Position numbers and translations under genes: made by a program. Of a stretch of DNA of 64,000 nucleotides, positions 1-9,563 are shown in pieces. The DNA comes from an uncultured archaeon (GTDB lineage Archaea; Asgardarchaeota; Lokiarchaeia; Sigyniarchaeales; SOKP01). The notes beneath the pieces were generated by a model, which was given only the letters and a program-made list of their open reading frames with translations, did not search any database and was not told the DNA's origin. The number at the start of each line of letters is the position of its first letter. Within the stretch, counting starts at the first letter, position 1. Location: the NCBI GenBank assembly GCA_964632315.1, contig CAZWEM010000016.1, forward strand, positions 1 through 64,000. The letters are read 5' to 3'.

Positions 1-46
1 CGCCCAGTTTATAATTCTTAAGCAGGTCTGTATTGGGTAGTACATT

Positions 47-1372
47 ATGCAATTGCAGAGTACTGCTGCCCAGGGCGAATCTCCCTTCCAGATAGATAAG
101 AATGGTTTTTTCGTATCCGGGATGCTTTTTTCTGAATATCTTGAATATAATGAAAAGAAGAGAAATTCAGCAAATTTAGCTTTTTGCGTTGGATATGGGA
201 ATATTAGATGGGCTGGTGGTCAAGGCTTTGAAAATCGCGATGCGACACCAAATGAAATGGAACAGATGAAATTTTATTTGCGAGAAGCCATGGAAGCAGG
301 AGCTTTTGGGATGAGTACTGGTTTGATTTATGCTCCTCAAATTTTCTCTAAAACGCGTGAAATAATTGAACTTGTGAAAGTTGTTGCAGAATTTAAAGGA
401 ATATACTTCTCTCACATTAGAAGTGAAGGAAAAGACATAATCAATGCAATTCAAGAAGTTATAGAGATTGTTGAACAATCGGGATGCATTGGTGGTCAAA
501 TTGCTCATCATAAAATAGCAGGAGAAGCTTTTTGGGGGAGAAGTAAACAAACTTTAGAACTGATTGAAAAAGCAAATGAAAGGGGAATCCATATAACTTA
601 TGATCAATACCCATATAACAGAGGTATGTCTGATCTTGTAACTGCTCTCCCTCCTTGGGTTCGTGAGGGGGATAATGATTTAATTATAAAAAGAATAAAA
701 GATACGGAAACTCAAGAAAGAATCAAGAAGGATGTTGAGGAAGGAATCGAGGGATGGGAGAATTGGATTCAGAACGAGGGAATGAAGAACATCTATATTT
801 CAACCGTGGTTTCTGAAAAATGGAAAGATACAGCAGCTTTAAACATTCCAGAGATCACACGAATGAAAGGGTTAGCTGACGATTGGGAAACATTTTTTCA
901 GTTACTCATTGATAACAATTTATCGGTAGGGATTACTATTGAAAGCATGAGTGAGGATGATATTCGAAGGATAATGAAAGGACGGTATCACATGGTTGGT
1001 ACTGATGGATTTGGCATTCCTGGAGCATTCACCGCTGGAGCATTTCATCCAAGATGTTTTGGAACTTATCCTCGTATTTTAGGAAAATACGTGAGAGATG
1101 AAAAACTTTTAACCCTTGAGGATGCGATAAGAAAGATGACCTCGTTTCCAGCCTCCAAACTGAGACTAAAAGATAGAGGGCTCATCAAACAAGGAATGTG
1201 GGCGGATCTAGTCTTATTTGACCATCATAAAATCAACGATAAAGCCACCTATAAAAATCCATATCAGTTACCTGAAGGTATTCCTCACGTTTTAGTGAAT
1301 GGCACCATCGTGGTAAAAGATGGAATAAAGAATAAGAAATCTCCTGGCAAAGTTTTAAAATTCAGGCCTTAA
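47..1372 (+). CDS. N-acyl-D-amino-acid deacylase / amidohydrolase, 5'-truncated
   Basis: Motifs EAMEAGAFGMSTGLIYAP, SHIRSEG, DQYPY, GTDG, HPRCFGTYPR, DLVLFD. The N-terminal HxH metal motif is missing, and family-like sequence starts only near nt 128 (FSEYLE). Confidence 0.85.
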   Translation: MQLQSTAAQGESPFQIDKNGFFVSGMLFSEYLEYNEKKRNSANLAFCVGYGNIRWAGGQGFENRDATPNEMEQMKFYLREAMEAGAFGMSTGLIYAPQIFSKTREIIELVKVVAEFKGIYFSHIRSEGKDIINAIQEVIEIVEQSGCIGGQIAHHKIAGEAFWGRSKQTLELIEKANERGIHITYDQYPYNRGMSDLVTALPPWVREGDNDLIIKRIKDTETQERIKKDVEEGIEGWENWIQNEGMKNIYISTVVSEKWKDTAALNIPEITRMKGLADDWETFFQLLIDNNLSVGITIESMSEDDIRRIMKGRYHMVGTDGFGIPGAFTAGAFHPRCFGTYPRILGKYVRDEKLLTLEDAIRKMTSFPASKLRLKDRGLIKQGMWADLVLFDHHKINDKATYKNPYQLPEGIPHVLVNGTIVVKDGIKNKKSPGKVLKFRP

Positions 1373-1463
1373 TTCAAACAATTTCTTTTGGGAAACGAGA
1401 TCAGATATAAATACATGGATGACAATTTATCATTAATTTAAATTATATCAAAAGGAAAATATA

Positions 1464-2840
1464 ATGGAAAGTGAAATTGTTCACTCGAAATTGAACATGG
1501 CTTCGTATGGTTGTGGTAAAGCTCTGAATGAATTCTTTTCAATGGCCTTTGGAGCAACAGCTTTTTACTTTTATGAAGCTGCGCTCGGTTTGGATAGCTT
1601 ATTTGCTGGTATCGGATTTATTATTTATGCAGTATGGAATTCTATCAACGATCCGATCATTGGATATTTTACAAATAGGCCCTTTAAATTTACACGAAAG
1701 TGGGGTCGAAGATTTCCTTGGATGTTAATTGGGGGTATTCCATGGATTTTCTGTTACTTTCTTATATTTGTTCCACCTTCAACAGCACAATTACCAATGT
1801 TCTTTTGGTTGATATTCACAACATGTCTTTTCGACGGTTTTGGCTCTTTTTGGTTCGTAAATTTCATGTCGTTATTCCCTGATAAATTTAGGGGTGTTAG
1901 AGAACGCAGAAATGCATCAGGAATTGCTACACCAATTGGTATACTGGGAATCGCCTCAGGAGCAATTTTACCATCACTTTTTTACCAATATGAACATCCA
2001 GCTACTTTCGTTATAGCTGCCGGAGTTGTAGTTATCGGAGCTATAATATTATTCGGATTATCAATCCCCGGCAGTCGAGACGAAAAAGTTTATGTAGAAC
2101 GCTACTTGGCAAATTATGAAGAGAATCCTAATAGACAACCATTTTTTACAATGTTAGTGAAATCCCTAAGGCATAAAAATTTCTTGGTTTTCATTATAAC
2201 TTACTTACTTTATCAGTTTTTAGTTGCTTCAATGATTGCATCGATCCCATATGTTAATAACTTTTTATTAGGTCAAGAAGCTAGCGCAACTACAATGATT
2301 ATGGCTGGGTTTCTGATTGGTGCCCTTATTTCAATCTTTTTCTGGATACGTGCTGCTCAAAGAACCAATAAAAACAAAAATGTTTTAGTTGTTGCGGGAT
2401 ATTATCTAGCAGGAATGACTCTTGTTTTGTTCTTCGTACGCGATTATTGGATAATGGTTATATTATTAATCGTTTGGGGGGGTGGTTTAGGTGGTTTTTG
2501 GGCCATTTATCCCCCTACTTTCGCTGAAACTATTGATGAAGCCGTTTTAATGTTTCAAAGTCGAGAAGAAGGGATATATAATGGAATATTTCAGTTCTTT
2601 GGACGACTTTCAACTGCTTTACAAGCAATTAGTTTTTCTGTTGTTCATATGTTAACGGGATATGTCGAAGGGAACCAAACTTCTCAATCGGCAGAAGCTA
2701 TATTTGGCATTCAAATTCATTTTGCGTTAATACCTGCAATTGCAATGTTTATTGGTGTTACAGTATTCTTGCTGTTCTATGATTTGACTCCTGAGAAAAT
2801 AGAAGGCATAAAAATCAGAATAAAGGAGCTTGGATTATAA
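1464..2840 (+). CDS. MFS transporter, GPH (MelB-like) family
   Basis: About 12 hydrophobic segments; NDPIIG...KWGRRFPW and REEGIYNG motifs. Confidence 0.85.
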   Translation: MESEIVHSKLNMASYGCGKALNEFFSMAFGATAFYFYEAALGLDSLFAGIGFIIYAVWNSINDPIIGYFTNRPFKFTRKWGRRFPWMLIGGIPWIFCYFLIFVPPSTAQLPMFFWLIFTTCLFDGFGSFWFVNFMSLFPDKFRGVRERRNASGIATPIGILGIASGAILPSLFYQYEHPATFVIAAGVVVIGAIILFGLSIPGSRDEKVYVERYLANYEENPNRQPFFTMLVKSLRHKNFLVFIITYLLYQFLVASMIASIPYVNNFLLGQEASATTMIMAGFLIGALISIFFWIRAAQRTNKNKNVLVVAGYYLAGMTLVLFFVRDYWIMVILLIVWGGGLGGFWAIYPPTFAETIDEAVLMFQSREEGIYNGIFQFFGRLSTALQAISFSVVHMLTGYVEGNQTSQSAEAIFGIQIHFALIPAIAMFIGVTVFLLFYDLTPEKIEGIKIRIKELGL

Positions 2841-2928
2841 TTCAATTTAAATGGTAATGAGATTATCTTTTATCTTATTTTTTTTATACATCTATTTATA
2901 ATGTATTAAATTAATCTTATTAAGTAGA

Positions 2929-2952
2929 TAATTACTTATCCATAAGTAATTA
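2929..2952. promoter_or_regulatory. Perfect inverted repeat (candidate operator) upstream of the rubredoxin gene
   Basis: TAATTACTTAT-CC-ATAAGTAATTA, between a TATA-like CTTATTAAG and the SD AGGTGA (2969-2974). Confidence 0.65.
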
Positions 2953-2979
2953 GTATCAAATTAATCTAAGGTGATAAAA

Positions 2980-3152
2980 ATAGCTAAATATGAATGCTCC
3001 GCGTGTGGGTATGTATATGACGAAGAAGAAGAAGGAACTAAATTTGAAGACCTACCCGATGATTGGGTATGCCCGGTAAATTAAATATTATTTCAATATT
3101 TTATCTGGTTTGCGGGGTCGACAAAAGTTTCTTCAATAAAATCTCAGATTAA
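2980..3152 (+). CDS. rub: Rubredoxin, split by a 32-nt intron (exon1 2980-3078, exon2 3111-3152; alternative GTG start 2971)
   Basis: Joined exons read (M)[32 protein letters not shown]|[13 protein letters not shown], with both CxxCG motifs and the [11 protein letters not shown] signature. The unspliced frame stops at CPVN*. Confidence 0.9.
3079..3110 (+). other. Candidate bulge-helix-bulge (BHB) intron in mRNA
   Basis: Central helix CCGG(3073-76)/CUGG(3105-08); 3-nt bulges UA^A(3077-79) and UU^U(3109-11); intron stem 3080-89/3095-3104 (9 of 10 pairs); exon stem UGC/GCG. Canonical cut sites restore the frame. Confidence 0.8.
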
Positions 3153-3346
3153 ATAACGAAAATCGTATAGAACTTATTTTTTTTCTTACATTTTTATTCT
3201 TAAGTTTTTGTATTGGTTTAATGAAAAGGCAAATTCAGAATATAATCTAAAGAAAATCCATTTGAAAAAGAAATGTTATGAGTGGCAGGTATTAATATAA
3301 TTCTCATTCATTCCATTTCAGTAAGTCTATAAAAAACGTAAATTTA

Positions 3347-4207
3347 TTGTTAATGAGAATCAAATTGAAAAATATGAAAATGAAGACTAAAATATTATTA
3401 TCTGGTCTTGAATTCCCCGAGGGGCCCCGATGGCGAAATGAGAAATTATTTTTTTCAGATTTTATTGGAAGAAAAGTCATTGCCGTCGATAATAAAGGTA
3501 AACCTGAAATTATAACAGAATTGCAAGACTCTCCATCGGGATTGGGTTTTTTAAATGCCGGGACGATGCTAATAGTTTCAATGCAAAGACGCTGCTTGAT
3601 GCGTTTAGATCCAGATGGATTAAAGATTCATGCGGATTTAAGCAAGTTTACAGAATATAACTGCAATGACTCTGTAACTGATAGTTATGAACGAACTTAC
3701 ATAGGAAATTGGGGCACTAAATCCCTTGAATCCCCGGCAAAACCGACAACTATCATCTTAGTAACTAAAGATGGTGATGCAAGAATAGTTGCAGAAAATC
3801 TAATTTTCCCAAATGGATGTATCGTGACTCCAGATTGTAAAACTTTGATTGTAGCAGAAACATTTGGGAACAAATTGACTGCTTTTGATATTGAAAATTC
3901 AGGGAACTTAATAAATCGGAGAATTTGGGCGGAACTCGAAGATTTTACACCAGATGGCATATGTCTTGATAAGGAAGGTGGGATTTGGGTTGCAAATCCA
4001 TCCAAAGCGGAAGTCTTACGTATTTTGGAAGGTGGTGAAATCACTTCTAAAATTAAAGTAAAAGGAACAAATGTTTATGCATGTGCTTTGGGTGGAGATG
4101 ATGGTAAAACTCTTTTTCTTTGCACCAGTCAATTTTTAGAAGGAAAAAGATCAAGTGGTAGAATTGAATTTCAAAAAGTTGAAATCCCAGGGGTAGAGAT
4201 TCCGTAA
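3347..4207 (+). CDS. SMP-30/gluconolactonase/LRE family protein
   Basis: FPEGPRW, CND, FPNG and PDGICLD motifs. True start is probably one of the downstream Met codons. Confidence 0.85.
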   Translation: MLMRIKLKNMKMKTKILLSGLEFPEGPRWRNEKLFFSDFIGRKVIAVDNKGKPEIITELQDSPSGLGFLNAGTMLIVSMQRRCLMRLDPDGLKIHADLSKFTEYNCNDSVTDSYERTYIGNWGTKSLESPAKPTTIILVTKDGDARIVAENLIFPNGCIVTPDCKTLIVAETFGNKLTAFDIENSGNLINRRIWAELEDFTPDGICLDKEGGIWVANPSKAEVLRILEGGEITSKIKVKGTNVYACALGGDDGKTLFLCTSQFLEGKRSSGRIEFQKVEIPGVEIP

Positions 4208-4286
4208 AAGAAGGAAAATAATCTCGTCTAAAATAACTATATAAAGGAATTCTAAGTTGAAAATGAGTAAAAAATTTTGAAATGCT

Positions 4287-5114
4287 TTATTCTACAATGA
4301 CATAAGAGTTACCTAAAACTACGGTATTTTCCTTTCGAACTTGAATTATATAACGCCCGTCATCTTTCCAACCTTCTGTCGTAAGAGTTTCTCCGGGAAA
4401 CACGACATCTTTAAATCTTGCACTAAATTCTTTAAAGCGAGAAACATCTCCATCACATAATCCATTCACGATAGCCCTTGTAGCAATACCATATGTACAT
4501 AAGCCATGAAGGATTGGTTTTGGTTGACCCGCTTTTTTAGCAAAATCTGGATCTATATGTAGTGGATTAAAATCTCCGTTTAGTCTATAAAATGCTGCTT
4601 GATTCTTGCTAGTCTGATATGAGCTGCTAAAGTCCGGTTCTACTCCCTTGGGAGGATTTATAGATTCACTTTTGGGTCCTGGATCCCCTCCAAAACCCCC
4701 TGATCCAACAACGAAGAAAACATACTTGGTATCAAAGATGTGCGCATTTTCTTGGGAATATCCAGAAATTTTCACGTGTATGACCGCAGCTTTGCCTTTA
4801 TCATATATATGTTCTATAACTCCTTTTGTTTTTATAATCCCGCTTGGATCAAATGGTGTATAAAGTCGGATTAATTGCTCACCATGTAATAATCGAACAA
4901 AATCCGTTCCCTTTGGGAAGAGAAGTCCACTACCAGCTACTATTGTTGCAAAACTTGGGAATACCTTCATTCCTCCTTTTACCCTTTCATAAACAAAAGG
5001 TAAATCTTCAGCTTGAGCACCAATTCCCAAATTGTATAAGGCACATGTTTTCCAATCATATTGAAATGTCCCCTCTTTTGTTTCTCCTACTGAATCCATG
5101 TCTATTTTTACCAT
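4287..5114 (-). CDS. MaoC-family (R)-specific enoyl-CoA hydratase (double hotdog)
   Basis: LLHGEQ and YRLNGDFNPLHIDP...PILHGLCT motifs. Confidence 0.9.
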   Translation of the reverse strand: MVKIDMDSVGETKEGTFQYDWKTCALYNLGIGAQAEDLPFVYERVKGGMKVFPSFATIVAGSGLLFPKGTDFVRLLHGEQLIRLYTPFDPSGIIKTKGVIEHIYDKGKAAVIHVKISGYSQENAHIFDTKYVFFVVGSGGFGGDPGPKSESINPPKGVEPDFSSSYQTSKNQAAFYRLNGDFNPLHIDPDFAKKAGQPKPILHGLCTYGIATRAIVNGLCDGDVSRFKEFSARFKDVVFPGETLTTEGWKDDGRYIIQVRKENTVVLGNSYVIVE

Positions 5115-5296
5115 ACTAACTCACGTAATTTCTTTAGTAATAATCTCTTTATAATTTAAACTTTTTAATCAATTTTTAGCTTTATTTGACTAAGTATTAT
5201 GATTCTTTCATTTTAAATTTCCATGCGAAAATTTCTAAAAACTAGAAAATAAATTTATAATCGAATCAAATCTCTTATACTTAAAATTTAATTCAA

Positions 5297-6523
5297 TTGG
5301 TGAAATTTCGCGTGATTGATTTACAAATAATGAAAGACGTTTGGTACGTCGGGTATGTTGATTGGGAAGTGAGGAATTTTCATGGATATTCAACTCATAA
5401 AGGATCCTCTTATAATGCGTATATTGTAAAGAGTGGAGACACTTATATTCTTATTGATACGGTTAAGAGACCATACTTTAAGTATTATTTAGAGAATATT
5501 AAGTTGGTTTGTGATCCAAAAGAGATTAAGTATTTGATTGTAAATCATGTTGAACCCGATCATTCTGGATCTTTCCCATTAATTATCGAACATTTACCTA
5601 ATGCGGAAATAATTGCATCAACGAAAGGAGTTGAAATCTTAGAACAACATTATCATGACGAAGTAAAAAAAGAGGTTTTTGAAAAGATTCGAGGGGTTAA
5701 AAATGGTGAGAAGTTAGAAGTGGGAAATGGTAAGCAGTTTACTTTTGTCCCCATTCCGATGATCCATTGGCCTGATTCAATGGTATCTTTTATGACTGAT
5801 GAAAATGGTAAAAATGTATTATTCTCAAATGATGCTTTCGGTCAGCATTTCGCGACATCGAAGCATTGGGATGACGAAAATGGATTCTCGGAGATAATGT
5901 GGGAAGCAGAAAAGTATTATGCCAACATTTTACTTCACTTATCTAATTTAATCTCTAAAACTCTTCCCGTGGTTGGAGCCCTTCCAGTTGATATCATTTG
6001 TCCTTCTCATGGAGTTTGCTGGAGAACACATCTCCCAGACATATTAGAAGCGTATAAAAAATGGTCAAGTGGTGAAATTGCAGAAAATAGTGCTGTGATA
6101 ATTTATGATAGCATGTGGGAAAGTACGACTAAGATAGCTAAGGAATTATATCAAGAGATCTGGCGAAGAGGGATTCCTGTTAAGCGTTTTAACCTAACAC
6201 ATTCAGATTATAGTGATGTCATTACAGAAGCAATGAAAGCTAAGGCCATACTCGTAGGAAGTCCAACTCTAAACGGTGGATTATTTCCTTCGGTTGCAGA
6301 ATACTTGGCTTACCAAAAGGGTTTAAAACCCATGAATAAAGTAGGTTTAGCTTTTGGCTCCTATGGATGGAGTAAGGGGGCGGTTAGAGCGATTATTAGT
6401 GAAATGGAAGCAACTGGTATAAACATGATGGACGATTCGATAGAGATCCAATTCGTTCCTAGAAAAACTGACTTAAATTTCACTGAAATTATTGATAAAT
6501 TAGTAAAAAAAATGGAGGTTTAA
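5297..6523 (+). CDS. fprA: Flavodiiron protein (FprA family)
   Basis: HVEPDHSG, HWPDSM, SNDAFGQH, PSHG and a flavodoxin domain (YDSMWESTT, GSYGW). Probable start is GTG 5312 after SD GGTGA. Confidence 0.92.
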   Translation: MVKFRVIDLQIMKDVWYVGYVDWEVRNFHGYSTHKGSSYNAYIVKSGDTYILIDTVKRPYFKYYLENIKLVCDPKEIKYLIVNHVEPDHSGSFPLIIEHLPNAEIIASTKGVEILEQHYHDEVKKEVFEKIRGVKNGEKLEVGNGKQFTFVPIPMIHWPDSMVSFMTDENGKNVLFSNDAFGQHFATSKHWDDENGFSEIMWEAEKYYANILLHLSNLISKTLPVVGALPVDIICPSHGVCWRTHLPDILEAYKKWSSGEIAENSAVIIYDSMWESTTKIAKELYQEIWRRGIPVKRFNLTHSDYSDVITEAMKAKAILVGSPTLNGGLFPSVAEYLAYQKGLKPMNKVGLAFGSYGWSKGAVRAIISEMEATGINMMDDSIEIQFVPRKTDLNFTEIIDKLVKKMEV

Positions 6524-6526
6524 AAT

Positions 6527-7705
6527 ATGGATTTTGAATTAACTGAAGAACAAAAGGCATTACAGAAAAAGGCAAGAGAATTTGCCATTAATGAGGTTCT
6601 TCCAGTTGCAAGAAAGTATGATGAATCTGAAGAATTCCCAATGCCAGTCATTAATAAAGCATGGGAACAAGATTTATTAAATAGTGGAATACCTAAAAAA
6701 TATGGCGGTCCTGGTTATGGATTATTAGATGCTTGCATTATCGTAGAAGAAATCTCTTCCGCGTGTCCAGGAATTGCAACATCTATTTTTGATAATAACC
6801 TTGGCGCCGAACCAATTATAATAGGTGGAAATGAGGAACAAAAAACTAGAATCCTTGGAGAACTTACGAATGAATTCAAATTAATCGCATTTGCAACTTC
6901 AGAACCCACAATGGGAAGTGACGTTGCTGGAATGAAATGTAAGGCTGAGAAAGAAGGTGAGGATTACATTCTTAATGGTGCCAAATTTTGGATTACAAAT
7001 GGAGGATTTGCTGATTATATAACTGTATTCGCAACTGTTGATCCTGAGCAAAAGCATAAAGGGATAGCCGCTTTTATTGTAGATACAAAAACAGAAGGAG
7101 TGAGACTTGGAAAGCATATACCGAAGCTAGGTCAAAGAGCGTCAAACACAGTCGCAGTTACTTTAAAAAACGTAAGAGTTCCCGAAAAAAATGTATTGGC
7201 AAAACCAGGTCGGGGTTTTGTCTTAGCAATGCAGACTTTTGCCCATACAAGACCTGCAATCGGCGCTTTTGCTACTGGTTGTGCTAGATCAGCAATGGAA
7301 TATGCTATTGATTACGCAAATAAAAGAGAAGCGTTCGGACGACCAATTAGCAATTTTCAAGCGATTCAACATAAGATAGCAGATATGTATAAAGACATTG
7401 AAGCCGCAAGGTTATTGACGCACAAAGCAGCTTGGGAGGCAGATCAAGGATTAGATAATAACATGAGTTCAGCCATTGCTAAAGCATTTGCTTCTGATGT
7501 CGTAATGAGAGTAACCACGGAAGCAGTCCAAGTATATGGAGGATTTGGATATTTAAGGACTTATCCGGTCGAAAAACTTTTCAGAGATGCAAAATTATAC
7601 CAAATTTATGAAGGAACTAGTGAAATACAAAGAATAGTAATTTCTCGCTTTGCTCTTAAGGGTTATAAACATGCTATGCCTAGCGTGTTTAAACGAGACA
7701 GATAA
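6527..7705 (+). CDS. Acyl-CoA dehydrogenase
   Basis: SEPTMGSD, NGAKFWITNG, REAFGRPI, QIYEGTSEIQR. Confidence 0.95.
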   Translation: MDFELTEEQKALQKKAREFAINEVLPVARKYDESEEFPMPVINKAWEQDLLNSGIPKKYGGPGYGLLDACIIVEEISSACPGIATSIFDNNLGAEPIIIGGNEEQKTRILGELTNEFKLIAFATSEPTMGSDVAGMKCKAEKEGEDYILNGAKFWITNGGFADYITVFATVDPEQKHKGIAAFIVDTKTEGVRLGKHIPKLGQRASNTVAVTLKNVRVPEKNVLAKPGRGFVLAMQTFAHTRPAIGAFATGCARSAMEYAIDYANKREAFGRPISNFQAIQHKIADMYKDIEAARLLTHKAAWEADQGLDNNMSSAIAKAFASDVVMRVTTEAVQVYGGFGYLRTYPVEKLFRDAKLYQIYEGTSEIQRIVISRFALKGYKHAMPSVFKRDR

Positions 7706-7737
7706 TCTCACTTTTATTTTTTTTTAATATTTTGAAA

Positions 7738-8175
7738 TTAAATGTTATAATTCTTGAAAAACTTACGTTTGCATAAATTATCGCAAAATAAAGGTTTATT
7801 TTCATTTAACCAAACTTCTTTTAATTCATGAATTTTCAGGTAAGAATTATCCTCACTAAATTTAAATAAACTTATCTGTTTTGAACAGTATTCGCATGAT
7901 CTGTAATCTAAGATTTGCTGAATCTTATCAAGCTCACTCGTGTTTAAGGATTTATAGCATTCACAGCAATGATATTCCAAAATTGGTGATTGCCACAATT
8001 TTAGAAGATATTCTGAGGAAAAACCTACATTATCACTCAAAAAATCATAAATATTAAGTTCTTTTCCACATTTCCAACAACTTCTTTTGCTAAAATTGGA
8101 CTCGAGTGCAATTAATTCTCGTAATTTCTGAATTTTACGCCATAAGGTTGCGTTATTAATCTTTTTAAAATACAT
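7738..8175 (-). CDS. Hypothetical Zn-finger protein
   Basis: CWKC, CCEC, CEYC and CDNLC cysteine clusters forming two internal repeats. Confidence 0.7.
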   Translation of the reverse strand: MYFKKINNATLWRKIQKLRELIALESNFSKRSCWKCGKELNIYDFLSDNVGFSSEYLLKLWQSPILEYHCCECYKSLNTSELDKIQQILDYRSCEYCSKQISLFKFSEDNSYLKIHELKEVWLNENKPLFCDNLCKRKFFKNYNI

Positions 8176-8226
8176 TTGCTATTAATTTAAAAAAATACAT
8201 GATTTTATACTAACCTATTATATTAA

Positions 8227-8778
8227 TTAAGTAGAAAATTCGATAATCTTTTTCGTAGCTGAAATAAAATCATTACAAATGAAAGTGGGTTTAGTTTTAA
8301 TTCTATTAAGATCATTGAGATGTTCCTTTCCGTGCCCCGTTGTAAGAAAGATCGTGCTAGAACCACCATAATTTCCAAATAAAATATCTGATGGATGATC
8401 ACCTATCATCCAAGATTTTTTTAAGTCAACATTCCAACCATTTCGAATTTCATTTATGAACTTTTGATTAGGTTTTCTACAAGCACAATTTTCATCTTTT
8501 AGGTGCGGACAAAAAAAAGTCTTTTCTATCTTGATCCTATTTTGACTTAGGATTTTTATTAGATGATTATTGAACACATGAAAATCTTCAACAGTATAAT
8601 ATCCTTTTCCTATTCCGGATTGATTGGTCACAATAAAAAGAAGATAATTTTTGCTAAACATTCTTAATCCCTCAATCACACCCGGTAATAATTCAAAATC
8701 TTCTATTCGGTATACATAATTCTTATCTTCAATTAAAACGCCATCCCTATCCAGTATAATGGCTCTTTTTTCATTCAT
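8227..8778 (-). CDS. gmhB: HAD phosphatase, GmhB/HisB-N family
   Basis: LDRDGVL, TNQSGIG, CPH...CACRKP, MIGD. Confidence 0.85.
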   Translation of the reverse strand: MNEKRAIILDRDGVLIEDKNYVYRIEDFELLPGVIEGLRMFSKNYLLFIVTNQSGIGKGYYTVEDFHVFNNHLIKILSQNRIKIEKTFFCPHLKDENCACRKPNQKFINEIRNGWNVDLKKSWMIGDHPSDILFGNYGGSSTIFLTTGHGKEHLNDLNRIKTKPTFICNDFISATKKIIEFST

Positions 8779-8865
8779 ATTTTTGAATTTTAAGGTTTTA
8801 GTTAAAAATTGAATTAATTGTTTCAGTTTCTGAATAAATTAATTTAAAAAATAAAAAGAAAGAAT

Positions 8866-9444
8866 CTAAAAGTCTTCACACTTTTTTACGAAATAAGATC
8901 TTGGATGATCGCAGCTTGGGCATTTCCAATGTTCTGGTAAATGATCCATCTCAACTTCATAACCACATTCAAGACAAACCCAGACAATTTTTTTTCCTCG
9001 CTTAAAAAATGCATCATCACCAACCAATTTTAAAAGTTTACCATATCGCTCAGCATGGTGTTGCTCTGCTCTAGCGATGGCTCGTGCCCGTGAAGCGATG
9101 TCTGGATAACCTTCTTTTTCCGCAGTATCTGCCAAATTGGGATAAAGAGTTTGCCATTCCATGGTTTCTCCTTCAATGGCTGATTTTAAATTTTCGATTG
9201 TTGTTCCATAAGTTGAGGGATAATCTTCACAAACATTGAAAGGAGCATCTTTTTCTTTAAATTTCTGAAACATTTTATAAAAATTCAATCCATGTTCTTT
9301 TTCTTGATTTGCTGTCTCTTCAAAGATCCTAGAGACAAACACGTATCCCTCTTTCTTCGCAATCGAAGCAAAATATGTATATCTAGCTCTTGCTTGACTT
9401 TCTCCTACATATGCAGCAAACAACATTTTTTGGGTTTCTTTCAT
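8866..9444 (-). CDS. rbr: Rubrerythrin
   Basis: GESQARARY, EKEH, EQHH and a C-terminal CLECG...CPSC rubredoxin-like domain. Confidence 0.93.
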   Translation of the reverse strand: MKETQKMLFAAYVGESQARARYTYFASIAKKEGYVFVSRIFEETANQEKEHGLNFYKMFQKFKEKDAPFNVCEDYPSTYGTTIENLKSAIEGETMEWQTLYPNLADTAEKEGYPDIASRARAIARAEQHHAERYGKLLKLVGDDAFFKRGKKIVWVCLECGYEVEMDHLPEHWKCPSCDHPRSYFVKKCEDF

Positions 9445-9563
9445 AATTCAAACCTCTTTTACTTGTTTTTAATTTGTAATTTGATATATTTATTAAATTT
9501 GGGAATAATAATTCAAAAGAGATTTTAACTTTTTTTCTTAGGATTTAAAAGGTAAAAAAAAGT

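Noticed and set aside
3076-3107. Reading the rubredoxin insert as a spliceosomal GT...AG intron (it can be drawn GTAAAT...CTG)
   Set aside because: It ends in TG rather than AG, and the BHB register (3079-3110) explains the structure and frame exactly. Ribosomal hopping from GTA to GTT is possible but less parsimonious.
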